DNA from: Salisapilia sapeloensis CBS 127946
Lineage: Eukaryota; Protista; Oomycota
Direction: 5' to 3'
DNA length: 64,000 nt
Assembly: GCA_023334545.1 (NCBI GenBank)
Contig: JAADVB010000053.1
Span: 1 to 64,000 of the forward strand
Part shown: positions 10,865-22,040 of the stretch, piece after piece
Layout of the letters: every line of letters begins with the position of its first letter
How positions within the stretch are numbered: position 1 is the first letter of the stretch
Notes under the pieces: model-generated
What the model was told of the DNA's origin: nothing
The model's database searches: none
The model's input: only the letters and a program-made list of their open reading frames with translations
Made by a program: the position numbers and the translations under genes

Positions 10865-11575
10865 CTACGAACTAGCTTCCATGCTCATCGAGTGGACCTT
10901 TTCCAAGTGCGACAGCGCCCCGAAGGCGTCCACGGTCAAAAAGTCGATCAGACCAGGGTGTTTGGCGTCCAGCGCCTCGTACTCCTGCAGATCCACCAGC
11001 CCGTTCTCGTCCAAGTCTGCCTCTGCGAACGTGTTGTCGACGATGTGCTGGAGCTGCTCCTCCGACAGCGTAATGTCGAGCTCCTTGCACTCGGCGATGC
11101 ACGAGCGGAGCATTTCGGTCGTCATTTCCTTGGTGATGTATCCCGTGCCCTTGGGGTCCATGAGTCGGAAAGATAGCATGAGCTTTTGCTCTCTCGTGGC
11201 CTTATTGCTGAGGACGCTGAGGCCTTTGACGACGTCGTCAAAGGTGATGTATCCCTTGTCCGTCAGGTCGAAGAGGTTGTACAGGCGGCTGACGTACAGA
11301 CTCGAAGACGCGTTACCTAGGAAGCGAGAGAACTCTTCCTTGGGGATCTTAACTTCGTCCGACTCCTCCTGACCGAGGAGCGCGGCCAAGTGCGACCGGA
11401 TCGTGTCGATCTCCTCCTGCGTGAAGATGCCCGTCACGTCCAGACGGCTCATCTTGTACTCAAGCAACGACGCGTCTCGAGCGTCTTGCTTGGCCGAGGC
11501 TCCGGAAGAGTCTCTCCTGCCTGCGTCGGCCGACTTGCCTCTGCTCGTGCGGTGCTTGCCTTGCTTGTTCCCCAT
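10865..11575 (-). CDS. Calcineurin-B-like EF-hand calcium sensor, probably N-myristoylated
   Basis: Intronless ORF starting MGNKQG. EF-hands FDLTDKGYITFDD, MDPKGTGYITKEM and ADLDENGLVDLQEY. Confidence 0.85.
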   Translation of the reverse strand: MGNKQGKHRTSRGKSADAGRRDSSGASAKQDARDASLLEYKMSRLDVTGIFTQEEIDTIRSHLAALLGQEESDEVKIPKEEFSRFLGNASSSLYVSRLYNLFDLTDKGYITFDDVVKGLSVLSNKATREQKLMLSFRLMDPKGTGYITKEMTTEMLRSCIAECKELDITLSEEQLQHIVDNTFAEADLDENGLVDLQEYEALDAKHPGLIDFLTVDAFGALSHLEKVHSMSMEASS

Positions 11576-11714
11576 GGCGAAAGATCGAATGAGACGAATC
11601 GGCCGGAGGCAAAAGGCGCAGGAAGAAGGCGGAATTCTCCACACACTGCCATCACATAAATGTACCTAATATAATGGATGGAGCAGGTCCGGAAGAACGG
11701 CTGCAATAGGAGAG

Positions 11715-13414
11715 ATGCGTCCGGCGCTCGTGCTCGTGGCGGCGCTCTGGATTGCCATTGCAGGGGATGCTCGAGGGGAACTGAGACAGACGATTGTGCT
11801 CAGTAGGCATGGCGTGAGAGGGCCGTACGGACTCGGCTCGCAAGTCCCGGAGGAAGAGGTGTTGAGACAGTATGTTCGGAATGAAGATATCGAGCTGCCG
11901 ATGGGAGCTTTGGATTGGGGTACGTCGGACGATGCGAGTGAGGTGGTGTCGCCAAAGCTGACGCAGCATGGGTATAACGTCGTGGAGATCATGGGAGACT
12001 ACTTTCGGAAGCACGTCTATCCAGAGTTTCTACAGACAGCCAAGTGCCATCAGACCTTTGCGTATGCAGATGACAATCAGCGAGATAACTTGACAGCTAG
12101 AGCGTTTCTGGGAGGTCTACATCCTGATTGTAAAGACCTGCATCCGATCACGTCCGAGACGGATCTCTTGTTTAATCAAGGTCAGGACGCGACACCTGAC
12201 TGCCCCGTGTGCTCTCGATCCATGTACGAAGGGATCATCGGCGCCAAGGACGCGAGGTACCTCGTGCAAGAGCACCACGCGCAGATCAACGCCGTGAACA
12301 AGCTCCTGGACTGTTGTGACGAGAGCGTGTGTGTCTCAAACGGGTCGGAGGAATCGTGCGACTTTTTCGACATTCCGTCGGAGTGGAACGGAGCCTTCTA
12401 CCGTCCGTGGCAAGACACGCTGTCGCAGTCCGAGTACTTTACAGAGTGGTTCCTTCTCCAAGCTCTGAACAACATGACTCTCCCGTCGTCCTTGTCGTTC
12501 GCCAAGGTCCTGTCCCTCTCTCGACTGCACGAGGTAGCTTGATCGTAAGACTAGTAGCTGCTTGGTACTCACTAGGACGTAGGCGCACATGGACCTCATC
12601 ACGAACGAAGTGAACTCTGGGAGCTTTGGCGCGACGTTACTGGCCCACTTAACCGCTAGTTTCGAGCAGACCGTGACGAACGCGTCGGTGCCTTTGGCTA
12701 GTGGAGACGGTCCTCACCTCCGTCAGACGCTCGACAACAAGTTCATGTACTATGCAGCCCACGACATTAACATCCTCTACGTCCGCAACCTCCTCCGGTA
12801 GGATACATGGAAGTACACAAAAGATATGAAAGTCTCATGGACAGATAGACTGGAATGGTACACGAACGGGTGGCATCCGCATCAGTCGACCCCTGGCGGC
12901 ATGCTCCTCTTTGAACTGCATCAAGAGGAAGACTTTTACGTCAAGCTCTTCTTCGTGACGGCGACTCCGGAGCAGATTCGCACAGGCCAGAAGCTGGATG
13001 CGACCAATGTAAAGTGATAGAGGCTTTAGGACGAGTCGACTAGCTAACGAGTGCATGTAGCCTCCAGACAAGGTGCCTGTCATCCTCCCGACGTGCTCGG
13101 AGGAAGTGACGATGCCAAACGGAGACAAGGACGTCCGCTGCCGCTTCCCCGACTTTAAAAAGCTCATGAGCAAGACACTCCAGCACGCCTGTGTAGCCGA
13201 CACGCTGCGTCCGTTCGTGGACTCTCTCAACGACGATCTGGAAGACACGATGTCGTACGAAGGGCTGTCGCTCACGGCTGCCTTGTGGATCGCCTTCACG
13301 CTCTTGATGCTGTGCTTCATGCTGCTCCTGACTCGCCACGCGGTGCTGCGTCGAAAGGAGCGTTCGGAAGGAGAGAAGCAGCAGTACGGGAGCGTCCCGT
13401 TGGCGTCTGTCTAG
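11715..13414 (+). CDS. Histidine acid phosphatase (glucose-1-phosphatase/phytase-like), signal peptide plus C-terminal TM helix
   Basis: Signal peptide MRPALVLVAALWIAIAG, RHGVRGP motif, YAAHDINI (HD) motif, and a hydrophobic C-terminal segment LTAALWIAFTLLMLCFMLLL. Confidence 0.9.
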
Positions 13415-13467
13415 AAGGATAAACGGAGGAGAATGGAAATGGAAAGCAACTTGTTGGCAAAGATAAG

Positions 13468-14244
13468 TTATAGCGCTGTGCCGCGCTCGAGGTTTTGTCG
13501 TATCTCGACCGTGTACTTGTCGTACGCTTGCTTGGCTTTGCGGTTGAACAAGCGGTTCTGGCCGTTGATATAGTCCACGTCTTCGCCCTGGACGTGCCGT
13601 CGCCTCCGACTGAACTTTTGCCGGTCTTGGATACGAGCTTCCACTTCGCTCGACATGCGTTCGAGTCCTTCCTATAGATGTGTGAGATGATAATATAGTG
13701 ATAAGGGTGGACGAACATACTTGAGTGATGTCTCCTGTCTTGCCGTACGACAGCTCGTCTTCGAGTGCTTGGTCGGAGCTGCTGGATACGACGGCGGTGG
13801 ATTCTTCTTTACTAGAGGCAGCAGTTGTGGGGAGGTTGGCCAGACGCTTCTTGTAGCCCTTGTAGAGCGAGTCTTGGTTAAAGACGTCCCAGCCAAAGGC
13901 TGCTTGCTTCTTGGCTTTCTTGGCATCCTTCTGAGCTCTGTCCTGCGCCTTCTCCGCCGTATCGTTCAGATGCGCTCTCTCGTCACTCGCCTTGCGTTTC
14001 TTCTCCTGTCGCAGGTGTGAGTACTATGGATATAAGGAGAGATACGAAGAGGCCGGACCTCTCGACGCTTGACTCGCTCCTCCTTCTTCTGTTTCGCGTC
14101 AGCCTGATGCGTGACTCGCTCATGCTCCTCTGCAACCTCCTTCTTATTCGCCTTGCGCCCAGCATTCACCTTCATGCGTATCTGGAAGAGCTTTTGCTGC
14201 GCCGGCGTCATCTGCGCTTGGTCCATGTCGTCCATGTCGTCCAT
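13468..14244 (-). CDS. SYF2: Pre-mRNA splicing factor SYF2
   Basis: FGWDVFNQDSLYKGYKKR and RQKFSRRRR..DVDYINGQNRLFNRKAKQAYDKYTVEIRQNLERGTAL*, the characteristic SYF2 C-terminus. Confidence 0.92.
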
Positions 14245-14356
14245 GTCGGTTCTTTTTCTTTTCTTTCGGTTTGTATGGGAAACGTATTGTATTCAAAAGT
14301 TTACACCCCACCCAACACCATCTAGTCGAAAAGAACGAAATCGGTGGCGAACAAGC

Positions 14357-17311
14357 ATGGACGACGACTTGATGCAGGAACTCGTCGGCGTATCAACGTC
14401 AGACATGGGCAATGCGCAAGAAGCAGACCATGTGGTCGTGCACGACAAGCTCCTGGCAACGGAAATAGCTGTTTTAGAGACACAGACGGACAATGTGCCA
14501 GTGTCCGATGACACGGACCTGTCCGATGTCCTGCAGCTAGGTACGCTGCTCTGCCAAGGCAAGTACGCAGACGTCCTTCGCTCTACAACTGGCGTCAGGA
14601 TACTTGAGTCTATCGCCAATTCCGGCAGTGGCGCGTCGGACAGTACGCACATCACACAGGTGATGCAGGAACAACTAGGTCGCGTCCTGTCGTCTTCCGA
14701 GACGCCACTGGTAGAAGCCTACCGCATGCTCTACGTCGGCATAGCTCTACTGAATCTCTACGTCCAAGCCAACTATACTGGTCCGGCCTTGGCATCCTCC
14801 GACTTGACAGACGTTCAGACACGATGCTACCACGTTCTCACGAGCGACTCGAGTGCATTCGACGAAAACAAGGTGCATGCAGATGCGCTTCTATGGCTAC
14901 AAGTAGATGGAGAGTCTCCCTTCTCTGTGTGCGACTACCCTATCTTTCTCCTACTAGGTCGAAGTCTATTGGATGCCGTGGGGAACCCTCGACATGCGAG
15001 TTGGGCTTGTCCTCCGTCCGTCTTTGACGGAAGTGACGGAGAAGAGCTTCCTGCTTATACGAAGCACTCGGAGGAGGTTGTAGATGTACTAGACACGATT
15101 CCTTCTGCGTCGTGGTGGAGTGGACGAGCTGCAGTGGCGCATGAGCGTCTATTGCTGACGAGGTCGTCGTCGAGGACGTTGTGGATGGAAGCGAAGAGAG
15201 CATACGTCCAGACGCTGTCTCGTCCGCAGCTCTTTGCAAAGACACGAGGGGAGTACCTCAAGGCAAGAGCACAGGTCGAGTACGGCCTCGCGCAGCACTA
15301 CTTTGACAAGAACAAGCAGGGCAAACGGAGCTTTGAGGAGGCAAAGGTCACGACTGGTCTCTCGGTGCAGCTGAGTGGATCGATGGGGAAGCGGACCAAG
15401 TTCCAGCGAGACAGCAAGTCGCAGATGGTGCTCCTGGCGTCGTCTAAGCACGCGCCAGAGGCTTCGTCTGCGTATGCTGAGGCCGAAGCAGCGTCTACGC
15501 ATCGAGACTTTGGTGGACGTATGGAAGAGGAGACCAAGGAGTTGGGCGAGGGAGAGTTGACGGCCAAGGAGAAGAAGATCCAGAAGATGGTGCAGGAAGG
15601 CAAGGCGACGTACAGAGACATTGAGCTCGATCAGGTGGACCCGGACAACATTTTGCTGGAGAATGTGGCGTTCGAAGACGAGAGTCTGACGCAGCAGGGC
15701 AACTTGCACGTGATGGACCAAGTGGTGCTCCTGGCACTTTGTCTCGATGTCAAGAACAGCAGTGCACAGGATGGGTTGACGAGAGAAGAGATGTTCCCGT
15801 ACGTGACACGCGTGCTGGAGAACCCGAACAACTGGATGGTCTACTCGACTGCTCTGCTCGAACGCGCGTGGCTCGAGTGCGAGAGCTCCAAGCGTCGAGA
15901 ACGAGCGATCTTGCAGATGCAAGCGCTTGTGGACCAGCACTCGACGCGATTGACCGTCACCCAGAGCTCTCTCGAGGCCATCCAGGACTCTGCGCCTGCG
16001 AATGAACGCATGGCATACGTCTACTCGCTCGCCTTCCCTCCGCAGTACGCGCTCAAGAAAGATCTGGCGGAAAGGTACATGCATCTAGGTGTGCTCGGGA
16101 GTGCCGTCGAGATCTGCAAGGAGCTCGAGATGTGGGACGACCTGGTGCAGTGCTACCAGGCGATGGACAAGCCTGCCGCCGCGGAAAAGCTCGTGCGAGA
16201 GCGACTCCAAGTGGCGCCCACGCCCTACATGTATTGCTGTCTCGGGGACGTGACGGACGACCCGACTTGCTACGAGAAGGCGTGGGAGCTATCCAAGCAT
16301 CGGTTCGCGAGAGCCAAGAGGTCGCTCGGTCGAAGGGCGTTTGAGAGTGGAGAGCAGGAAGACGCGATTAAGCACTATCTCGAGAGTGCCGGCGTGAACC
16401 CGACGGATACCAAGTCGTGGTTCATGCTCGGCGTGCTCGGCATGCGTACGCAGCAGTGGAAGCTGTCTCTCCAGTCGTTCACGCGCGTGGTGCAGCTCGA
16501 ACCGGACAATGGGGAAGCGTTGGGCAACCTCGGATCGGTCCACATGACGTTAGGACAGTATGCACAGGCGTTTAGTATGCTATCGGAAGCGCTGAAACAG
16601 AAGCGACACTTGTGGCAGATGTGGGAGAACTATGCGGCGTGTGCGATGGAGGTGGGCAAGCTCGGAGAAGCCATGTACGCCATGCATCAGCTGCTGGACA
16701 TGCGCGAGAAGCACAAGCGGCCGATTGACCACGAGGTGCTGGCGTGGCTGGTCGAGTCTATCGTCTTCCCCAAGGCGCTGAGCGAAGCGTTGAATGAGAG
16801 AGAGGAGCAGGTGGAGGATGAGGACACAGCGAACATGACAAGGATCGGGTCGGATAGTGAGGAGGAGCTGGACGACCTGGATGAACGGTCCCAGGCACAG
16901 GACAAGACGCCTCCACTATCGAACGACAATTATAAGAAACAGCTAGCACTACTCTTTGGTCGCATCACGTCCATCGTGACGACGGACGCCAAGGTCTGGC
17001 AAGTCTACGCGCGCTTCAACGACGGCGTCGGGCGGCCGGACAAGGCGCTCGACTGCCGCTTGAAGCAGTGTCGAGCGCTCCAGACGGCGAACTGGGAGCG
17101 CGATGAAGGTCAAGTGCAGGATGTGTGCCGCGCCGTGGAGCGATTGGCGCAGGACTACGTTTCGGAAGGGTCGAAGAAGTCGTTATACTCTTGCAAGCTG
17201 TACATGCGCGGCGTCTTGCGGAAGGCGCAGCAGGACTTTGGTACTTTAGAAAGCGTCCGGTCTCTCCAGGAGACGATGGACCGTGTGACTAGTATGCATC
17301 AGGAGCTCTAG
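14357..17311 (+). CDS. TTC27: TPR protein TTC27/Emw1-like
   Basis: Intronless, about 984 aa. SGSMGKRTKFQ, NWMVYSTALLERAWLE..RERAILQMQALVDQ, LGSAVEI..LEMWDDLVQCY, RFARAKRSLG, and C-terminal TPRs. The first plausible ATG is 14357. Confidence 0.85.
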   Translation: MDDDLMQELVGVSTSDMGNAQEADHVVVHDKLLATEIAVLETQTDNVPVSDDTDLSDVLQLGTLLCQGKYADVLRSTTGVRILESIANSGSGASDSTHITQVMQEQLGRVLSSSETPLVEAYRMLYVGIALLNLYVQANYTGPALASSDLTDVQTRCYHVLTSDSSAFDENKVHADALLWLQVDGESPFSVCDYPIFLLLGRSLLDAVGNPRHASWACPPSVFDGSDGEELPAYTKHSEEVVDVLDTIPSASWWSGRAAVAHERLLLTRSSSRTLWMEAKRAYVQTLSRPQLFAKTRGEYLKARAQVEYGLAQHYFDKNKQGKRSFEEAKVTTGLSVQLSGSMGKRTKFQRDSKSQMVLLASSKHAPEASSAYAEAEAASTHRDFGGRMEEETKELGEGELTAKEKKIQKMVQEGKATYRDIELDQVDPDNILLENVAFEDESLTQQGNLHVMDQVVLLALCLDVKNSSAQDGLTREEMFPYVTRVLENPNNWMVYSTALLERAWLECESSKRRERAILQMQALVDQHSTRLTVTQSSLEAIQDSAPANERMAYVYSLAFPPQYALKKDLAERYMHLGVLGSAVEICKELEMWDDLVQCYQAMDKPAAAEKLVRERLQVAPTPYMYCCLGDVTDDPTCYEKAWELSKHRFARAKRSLGRRAFESGEQEDAIKHYLESAGVNPTDTKSWFMLGVLGMRTQQWKLSLQSFTRVVQLEPDNGEALGNLGSVHMTLGQYAQAFSMLSEALKQKRHLWQMWENYAACAMEVGKLGEAMYAMHQLLDMREKHKRPIDHEVLAWLVESIVFPKALSEALNEREEQVEDEDTANMTRIGSDSEEELDDLDERSQAQDKTPPLSNDNYKKQLALLFGRITSIVTTDAKVWQVYARFNDGVGRPDKALDCRLKQCRALQTANWERDEGQVQDVCRAVERLAQDYVSEGSKKSLYSCKLYMRGVLRKAQQDFGTLESVRSLQETMDRVTSMHQEL

Positions 17312-17529
17312 ACGAGCAGAGAGGAACACGAGTACTAGTTTGCTTCCTCCATGTCTTCTTTCGTATTTCATCATAGAATACCACTCGGACACTTGTGACC
17401 AGTTAAAAAGCTTTTGGCTGGCATCCGGCCATTCGAGGACCCTGATGCTGCCTGTACGTTGCACCTTTTTCAACCCTACATGATGCGATTGTATCTAGTA
17501 TCTCTCTCTCTCTCTTTATATACTTAGTC

Positions 17530-20077
17530 ATGTGTGATGAACAGGTATTGGAGCTCTTTGCCGAGCAAGGATGGCGGCCATTCGCGTCTCCTGGGGAGAC
17601 CTACGAGTTCCTCTCGGCCTCTGGCGCGATTCATCGGATGGAAATTACGGTCGAGCAAGAGGATGGAGGTGGAGTGACGTCGCTGTGTCAACGCAATGCT
17701 CTCTTTGACGCTTGCCTCGAGTCCAGCCTCGCCCACGTGATCGTGTCGTTCATCGGCGCCAAGCAGGACAACGTCGTGGACTTGTCTCGAGTCTCGCTAG
17801 ACTCTTCCCACGTCTCCCAGTACGCTCTCAAGGACCCTATTGCTGTCCAGCAGTGGGTCAGTCGACGACTGGAGACTATCCAAGGTAGTGTCAAGGACGC
17901 CACCGATCGCTTCCAGGGCACAGGCGAGTACGCCGGAGCATCTCTCTCTCGACATTTACGACACCTGAGTGGTCTCAGCAGCGTCGCCTTTGCTCTCCTC
18001 CAGCGTCTGAGGGAAGGCTCTCGCCACGTCTCGGACCTGGCCGGCGGTGCGTCTCGGCGCGTGACGAACGGATCGATGGAAGAGCGTTTGGAGGACACTG
18101 AGCTGGAGAGACTGACGACCAAAGGACAGCAGCATTTACTAGAGCTCATCTATCGCATTCGGACGGTGGAGAACGTCTGTAAGAGTCTCTTGTTCCTGGA
18201 AGAGCATGAGATAAAGGAAGATGAAGACGTTGTAAGCAGTTTGTACGATCGGTCTCGGAAGAGTCGAGAGAGCTATCGTACGGCTTTTGATGCAAAGTAC
18301 GGAGTAGATGTCTTGACAGAAGACGGTCGGGGGTCTGGAAGAATGCTCATTGAGCTCTTGCTGCATCATGCAGGTGTCGAGGCAGATGAACCTCCTTTCG
18401 ATGTCGCGTCTGCTCTCGAGTTGCTATGGTCTTCGTCTGTCCAGGAGGATGTGGTGTCCTACTATGCAGACGAAGTGGATCGTGTGCCTCTTGCCAACTA
18501 CTTTCGAGTCCCCGTCGCTCTTGTCTTGTATTTCTTCTTAGACTTTATCTACGTCAGTCAAGTCCATAGACAGTCTCTATCTGGGGATACGATCGTAGAC
18601 ACGATGAAACACAAGGCACAGGCGTTTGCAGCGACACTAGGCGTCCAGGAGGACATGAAGTGGACGCTACTGGCGCTGTGGCTGGTAGAGAACGCCACGA
18701 GCATCCAAGTGTCGAGCGAGCAAGACGTCCAGCGACTTTACATTGGCGCCATCACAGCTCTGCAGCAGGCGAGTGCGACGCACACGCATCGGTTGGACCT
18801 GGAGCCAGACCTCATCCAGGCTTTGCTCGAGACAGTGGTGTATCGACAGGAGTACACTGTCGCGTGGCACATTTGGAACGTCTTTGGTCTCCAGTTGTCT
18901 CAACTGCCTCGTGTCAGTGGTCTCTTGGCGATCGTGTCATTAGAACGAGGTCTGTGGGAAAGAGGTCTGTCGATCGCTCGAGAGCAGGGTCAAGGTCAAG
19001 TCCTCCCTGCTCTCTTCCAGTGGCTGGAGGAGCATGGCAGTATGACCAAGTTCATTAAGGAAGTGACGCTGCGTCTAGAGGAGGAAGAGGCGTTCCATTC
19101 GTACATGCTGGAGGATGCGATAGCAGACGGACCAGACGTGCAGGAGAATAGTAGACGCGTAGATTTGTTAGTCATGTACTATATCCTTCGTAGTCGGTAC
19201 AACCAGGCGTGGCGAGTGCATCGACAGCACGAGTCTGCGTTGGAGAACGGAACGTCGATGCATGTGCGTCAGGTGCTGGAGGGAGAGGACTTTCGGACGA
19301 GAGTGGCCTTGTTGGAGAATGCTGGGGAGGAGACGGAAGATGGACAGGAGGTGCCGAGTGTAGAGGACTTTAGGTACGTCGGGGGACTGACGGACGCGCC
19401 GTTTGAATCTGACTCGGAGGAAGACAGTCGGGAGCAAGAGGAGAGCATGGCGCCTCCGCAACGTACAGAGGACATGAGTCTAGACGAGATCACGCGACCC
19501 AGAGTCCAGGAAGAGCAGGAGGACAAGAGCCAGGATGTGGACATGACGGACTATGGCGCCTCCTTTATGCCTCGGTCAACCACCAACTTTGGACAGAGCT
19601 TTGCGACTGCGCGCCGGACGTCGGATGCTTCCTCCAACGCACATTCCGGTAGCTTTGGACTAGTTCTACTTGAGTCTACCTTGTCTAACGCTTGTGTCAG
19701 ATCTGTCGCTGCGACTGGAGGAGGCTGGAGGACATGCGTCTGCTTCGGACTCTCAGGCGCAGAGTGCCTATCACACGCTCCTGGAAAGGCCATCGTCCAC
19801 GGATAGCAGACACTCTAGCGAGGCAGGAGACAAACAGAGCCTGCAGACGCCACCGAAACGCTTCGCGTTCGTCCAGGAGCCCGTGACGGATTCCCGCGTC
19901 TCGAGTCGTCCGGAGAACCAGTCTCCTGGCGCCTCGGAGCTAGACGACGCTATGGAACTGGAACCGATCGATGAGGAGTTTAGCACACCGTCGGCTCAGA
20001 CGCAGTCGACGCCAAAGGAAGTCATGAGCGAGCCTGTGCGCCGCAATCCGCGTCGGTCTGCGCGCCGGAAATATTAA
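17530..20077 (+). CDS. ELYS-like nucleoporin (helical ELYS domain, basic C-terminal tail); start may extend to about 17350
   Basis: ALVLYFFLD and LLVMYYILRSRYNQAW resemble ELYS-domain motifs. Acidic disordered C-terminal half ending PVRRNPRRSARRKY*. One intron at about 19650-19700. Confidence 0.6.
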
Positions 20078-20123
20078 CTCGAATGACAAACGACATTTTG
20101 CTTCTTCTCTTTCTATTACCAAG

Positions 20124-20384
20124 TTACTCTTCCTGGTCTTCGTCGCTCAAGATGCGTCCTTCCATCGGTATGAGGCACGGCAGGCCGTCTCGAATCGGGT
20201 ACAAGACGTTCACTTCGTCGCAAATGAGCGCGCCGCGAGATCGGTCGTAGCGGAGTGGGTATTTGGAGACAGGGCACACGAGATGCTCTAGGATGGACTC
20301 ATCCTTGAGTGCGCCTCGAGGCTGGACGTGGGAGGTTGCAGACGAGAAGCCGCGCGTTGCGACCGTCTTGGCCGCTCGGAGCAT
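20124..20384 (-). CDS. Mitochondrial Trm112-like protein (PYURF/UPF0434 family)
   Basis: Presequence MLRAAKTVATRGFS, then LEHLVCPVSKYPLRYD..LICDEVNVLYPIRDGLPCLIP. Confidence 0.85.
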   Translation of the reverse strand: MLRAAKTVATRGFSSATSHVQPRGALKDESILEHLVCPVSKYPLRYDRSRGALICDEVNVLYPIRDGLPCLIPMEGRILSDEDQEE

Positions 20385-20431
20385 CGTGGCGTGTTTCGTT
20401 GTTTATCACAGACTGCCATCCGCTTCTCGAC

Positions 20432-20723
20432 ATGGCCGCGTACGAGGAGGAAGGAGTCGACGCTCCGCTGCTCGACAGAGGTACTTGAAAGCATGCTAGG
20501 TATAGAAGGGATAAGGACTAAAGAGGTTGATGCAGATGAAGAAAGCGGGCATGTGACGGAGTATATGGAGTTCAAGGAAGACAAATTTGCCACGAACCGA
20601 CCGGTCAGTCGAGCTCGTGTCGTCTACGGCAGCATGCTGTCTGTCGTCGCTGGCGTGCTTGTGTTTCTACTTGTCATCGGCCTGTTGCAAGTCGTCGAGC
20701 AAGCGCATACACTGATCGAGTGA
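20432..20723 (+). CDS. Small single-pass membrane protein (about 78 aa, one intron)
   Basis: MAAYEEEGVDAPLLDR spliced to DEESGHVTEYMEFKEDKF..VVYGSMLSVVAGVLVFLLVIGLL. The EEGVDAPLL segment resembles a dileucine sorting signal. Confidence 0.55.
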
Positions 20724-21986
20724 TGCCGCAGCACAACGTCTTAAACACAGAGTCATCTTAGGTTTCTACGAATGTGTTTTAGCTGTTTCTTTTCTTATTG
20801 TCGACTTTGATGGCTCCATTTCTATCGTAAGTAGAGGTTGGTATCCGATACTTCCCTCTTGGTGTACTCTTGTAACGGAAGAATGGGATGAGATTCTCAT
20901 CTTGTTGCTTGAATATGATTTGGACATTGACATTGATCCGGACAATTGCTTCGTCCGCAAAAACAGATAAATATGTCATGCTTTAGCTGGATTGCCAAGG
21001 TGATACTCATCGACATTGTAGAGGATCCGGTAACCATGCCGGAGCTCAAGTGATTCGCTGTGTACTCGATAGTTTATAGCAGACCACGGGCGTTCTCTAG
21101 ACACTCACATTCGTATGCAAAGGCTAGATTTCTCCTACTTTCCATACAGACAGGCTCCCAACTACTTTTAATGCCAATCATGCATTTGGGTGACTTGATC
21201 ACATATCTTTAGTATCCCTTCGTGAAACCTTTGACAGACATCTACGATCAAAGGAGTAGACAATAGCATATTGTAGTACGCCTGGACGAATTGGTGGGCG
21301 CTGAAACATGCATTAAATTTTCAGTATTGGCCATAGTGTTGGATAAAGGTTTTCGCAGGGTAGCTGTAGCCCACAATTTTGATCGGCAGCTTATGCTGTC
21401 CGTCTAGATCGGAATCTTTCATCCACTCCTTTTGCAAACTAGGCTGTCTATGCTACCCTACGAAAGCCATTTTAAAGACTACTCTAGTCCAGTCTCGAAA
21501 ACGCAAGGTATTCGTTAATTCCCAGCCGAAGATACTCTTTCTAAACTTGACTTTTTGCTCAAATCGATTTCGCTTCAAGCGTACCATTTGAAATCAGCTC
21601 TCCATACAAAGATCAAGTCACGTGCGCGACGGAGCTACTAATTAAATAGATTTGCAACCCCTCAAGCTCCAACTAAAATTTCGCGGGCTTTCGCATGTTT
21701 TATTCGAATACCTCCACAATACAAGAATGCTTTATTTAGCCTTATACACGCACTCAACAACAATACATTATAGTAGAACATGCAAGTTAAATTCGAACCA
21801 AGAGCGACGGCTACAGCTGCTGCGTGCATGGCGCTGTAGGACCGTGCCTCCATGCACTAGCACTCGTTACTGCCTCTGGGTCTTTATCGTCGACATGCAG
21901 CACCGACCTGCCTGCGTACATCGCATCAAGATATCGAGTACTTCAATCGCATCCGGAAACCCGACGAAGGAAAATTTCTCACGACT

Positions 21987-22002
21987 TTATTTTCCAATTT
22001 GC
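21987..22002 (+). promoter_or_regulatory. Oomycete-type Inr+FPR core promoter of the PrxQ gene
   Basis: TTATTTTCCAATTTGC about 40 bp upstream of ATG 22041 resembles the oomycete Inr (YCATTY-like) plus FPR (MWTTTNC) element. Confidence 0.5.
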
Positions 22003-22040
22003 CTCCGACAGCTCACGTCACTTTTGCACTCGACTTCACC

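Noticed and set aside
14218-14244. 9-bp tandem repeat encoding MDD-MDD-MDQ at the SYF2 start
   Set aside because: A simple slippage repeat. It only makes the exact start codon ambiguous.
14111-14356. N-terminal extension of the 1066-aa ORF (and similar extensions at 21999, 33920, 11644 and 30781)
   Set aside because: These rely on non-ATG or upstream starts that run through promoter, intron or the neighbouring gene. Downstream ATGs or spliced first exons fit the families better.
17501-17515. (TC)7 microsatellite
   Set aside because: An ordinary short repeat within a probable intron or polypyrimidine tract.
20432-20723. PIGY-like partner of the PYURF-like gene, as in the vertebrate bicistronic PYURF-PIGY mRNA
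   Set aside because: The ORF is on the opposite strand, has one TM segment rather than two, and does not resemble PIGY/Eri1.
21785-21810. tRNA T-loop-like GGTTCGAAT on the minus strand
   Set aside because: The flanks do not form a T-stem, and there is no D-arm, anticodon arm or acceptor stem.
21802-21850. Small GC-rich hairpin (ACGG-CTACAGC..GCTGTAG-GA-CCGT)
   Set aside because: Only about 11 bp with a bulge, which is plausible by chance. There is no other support.
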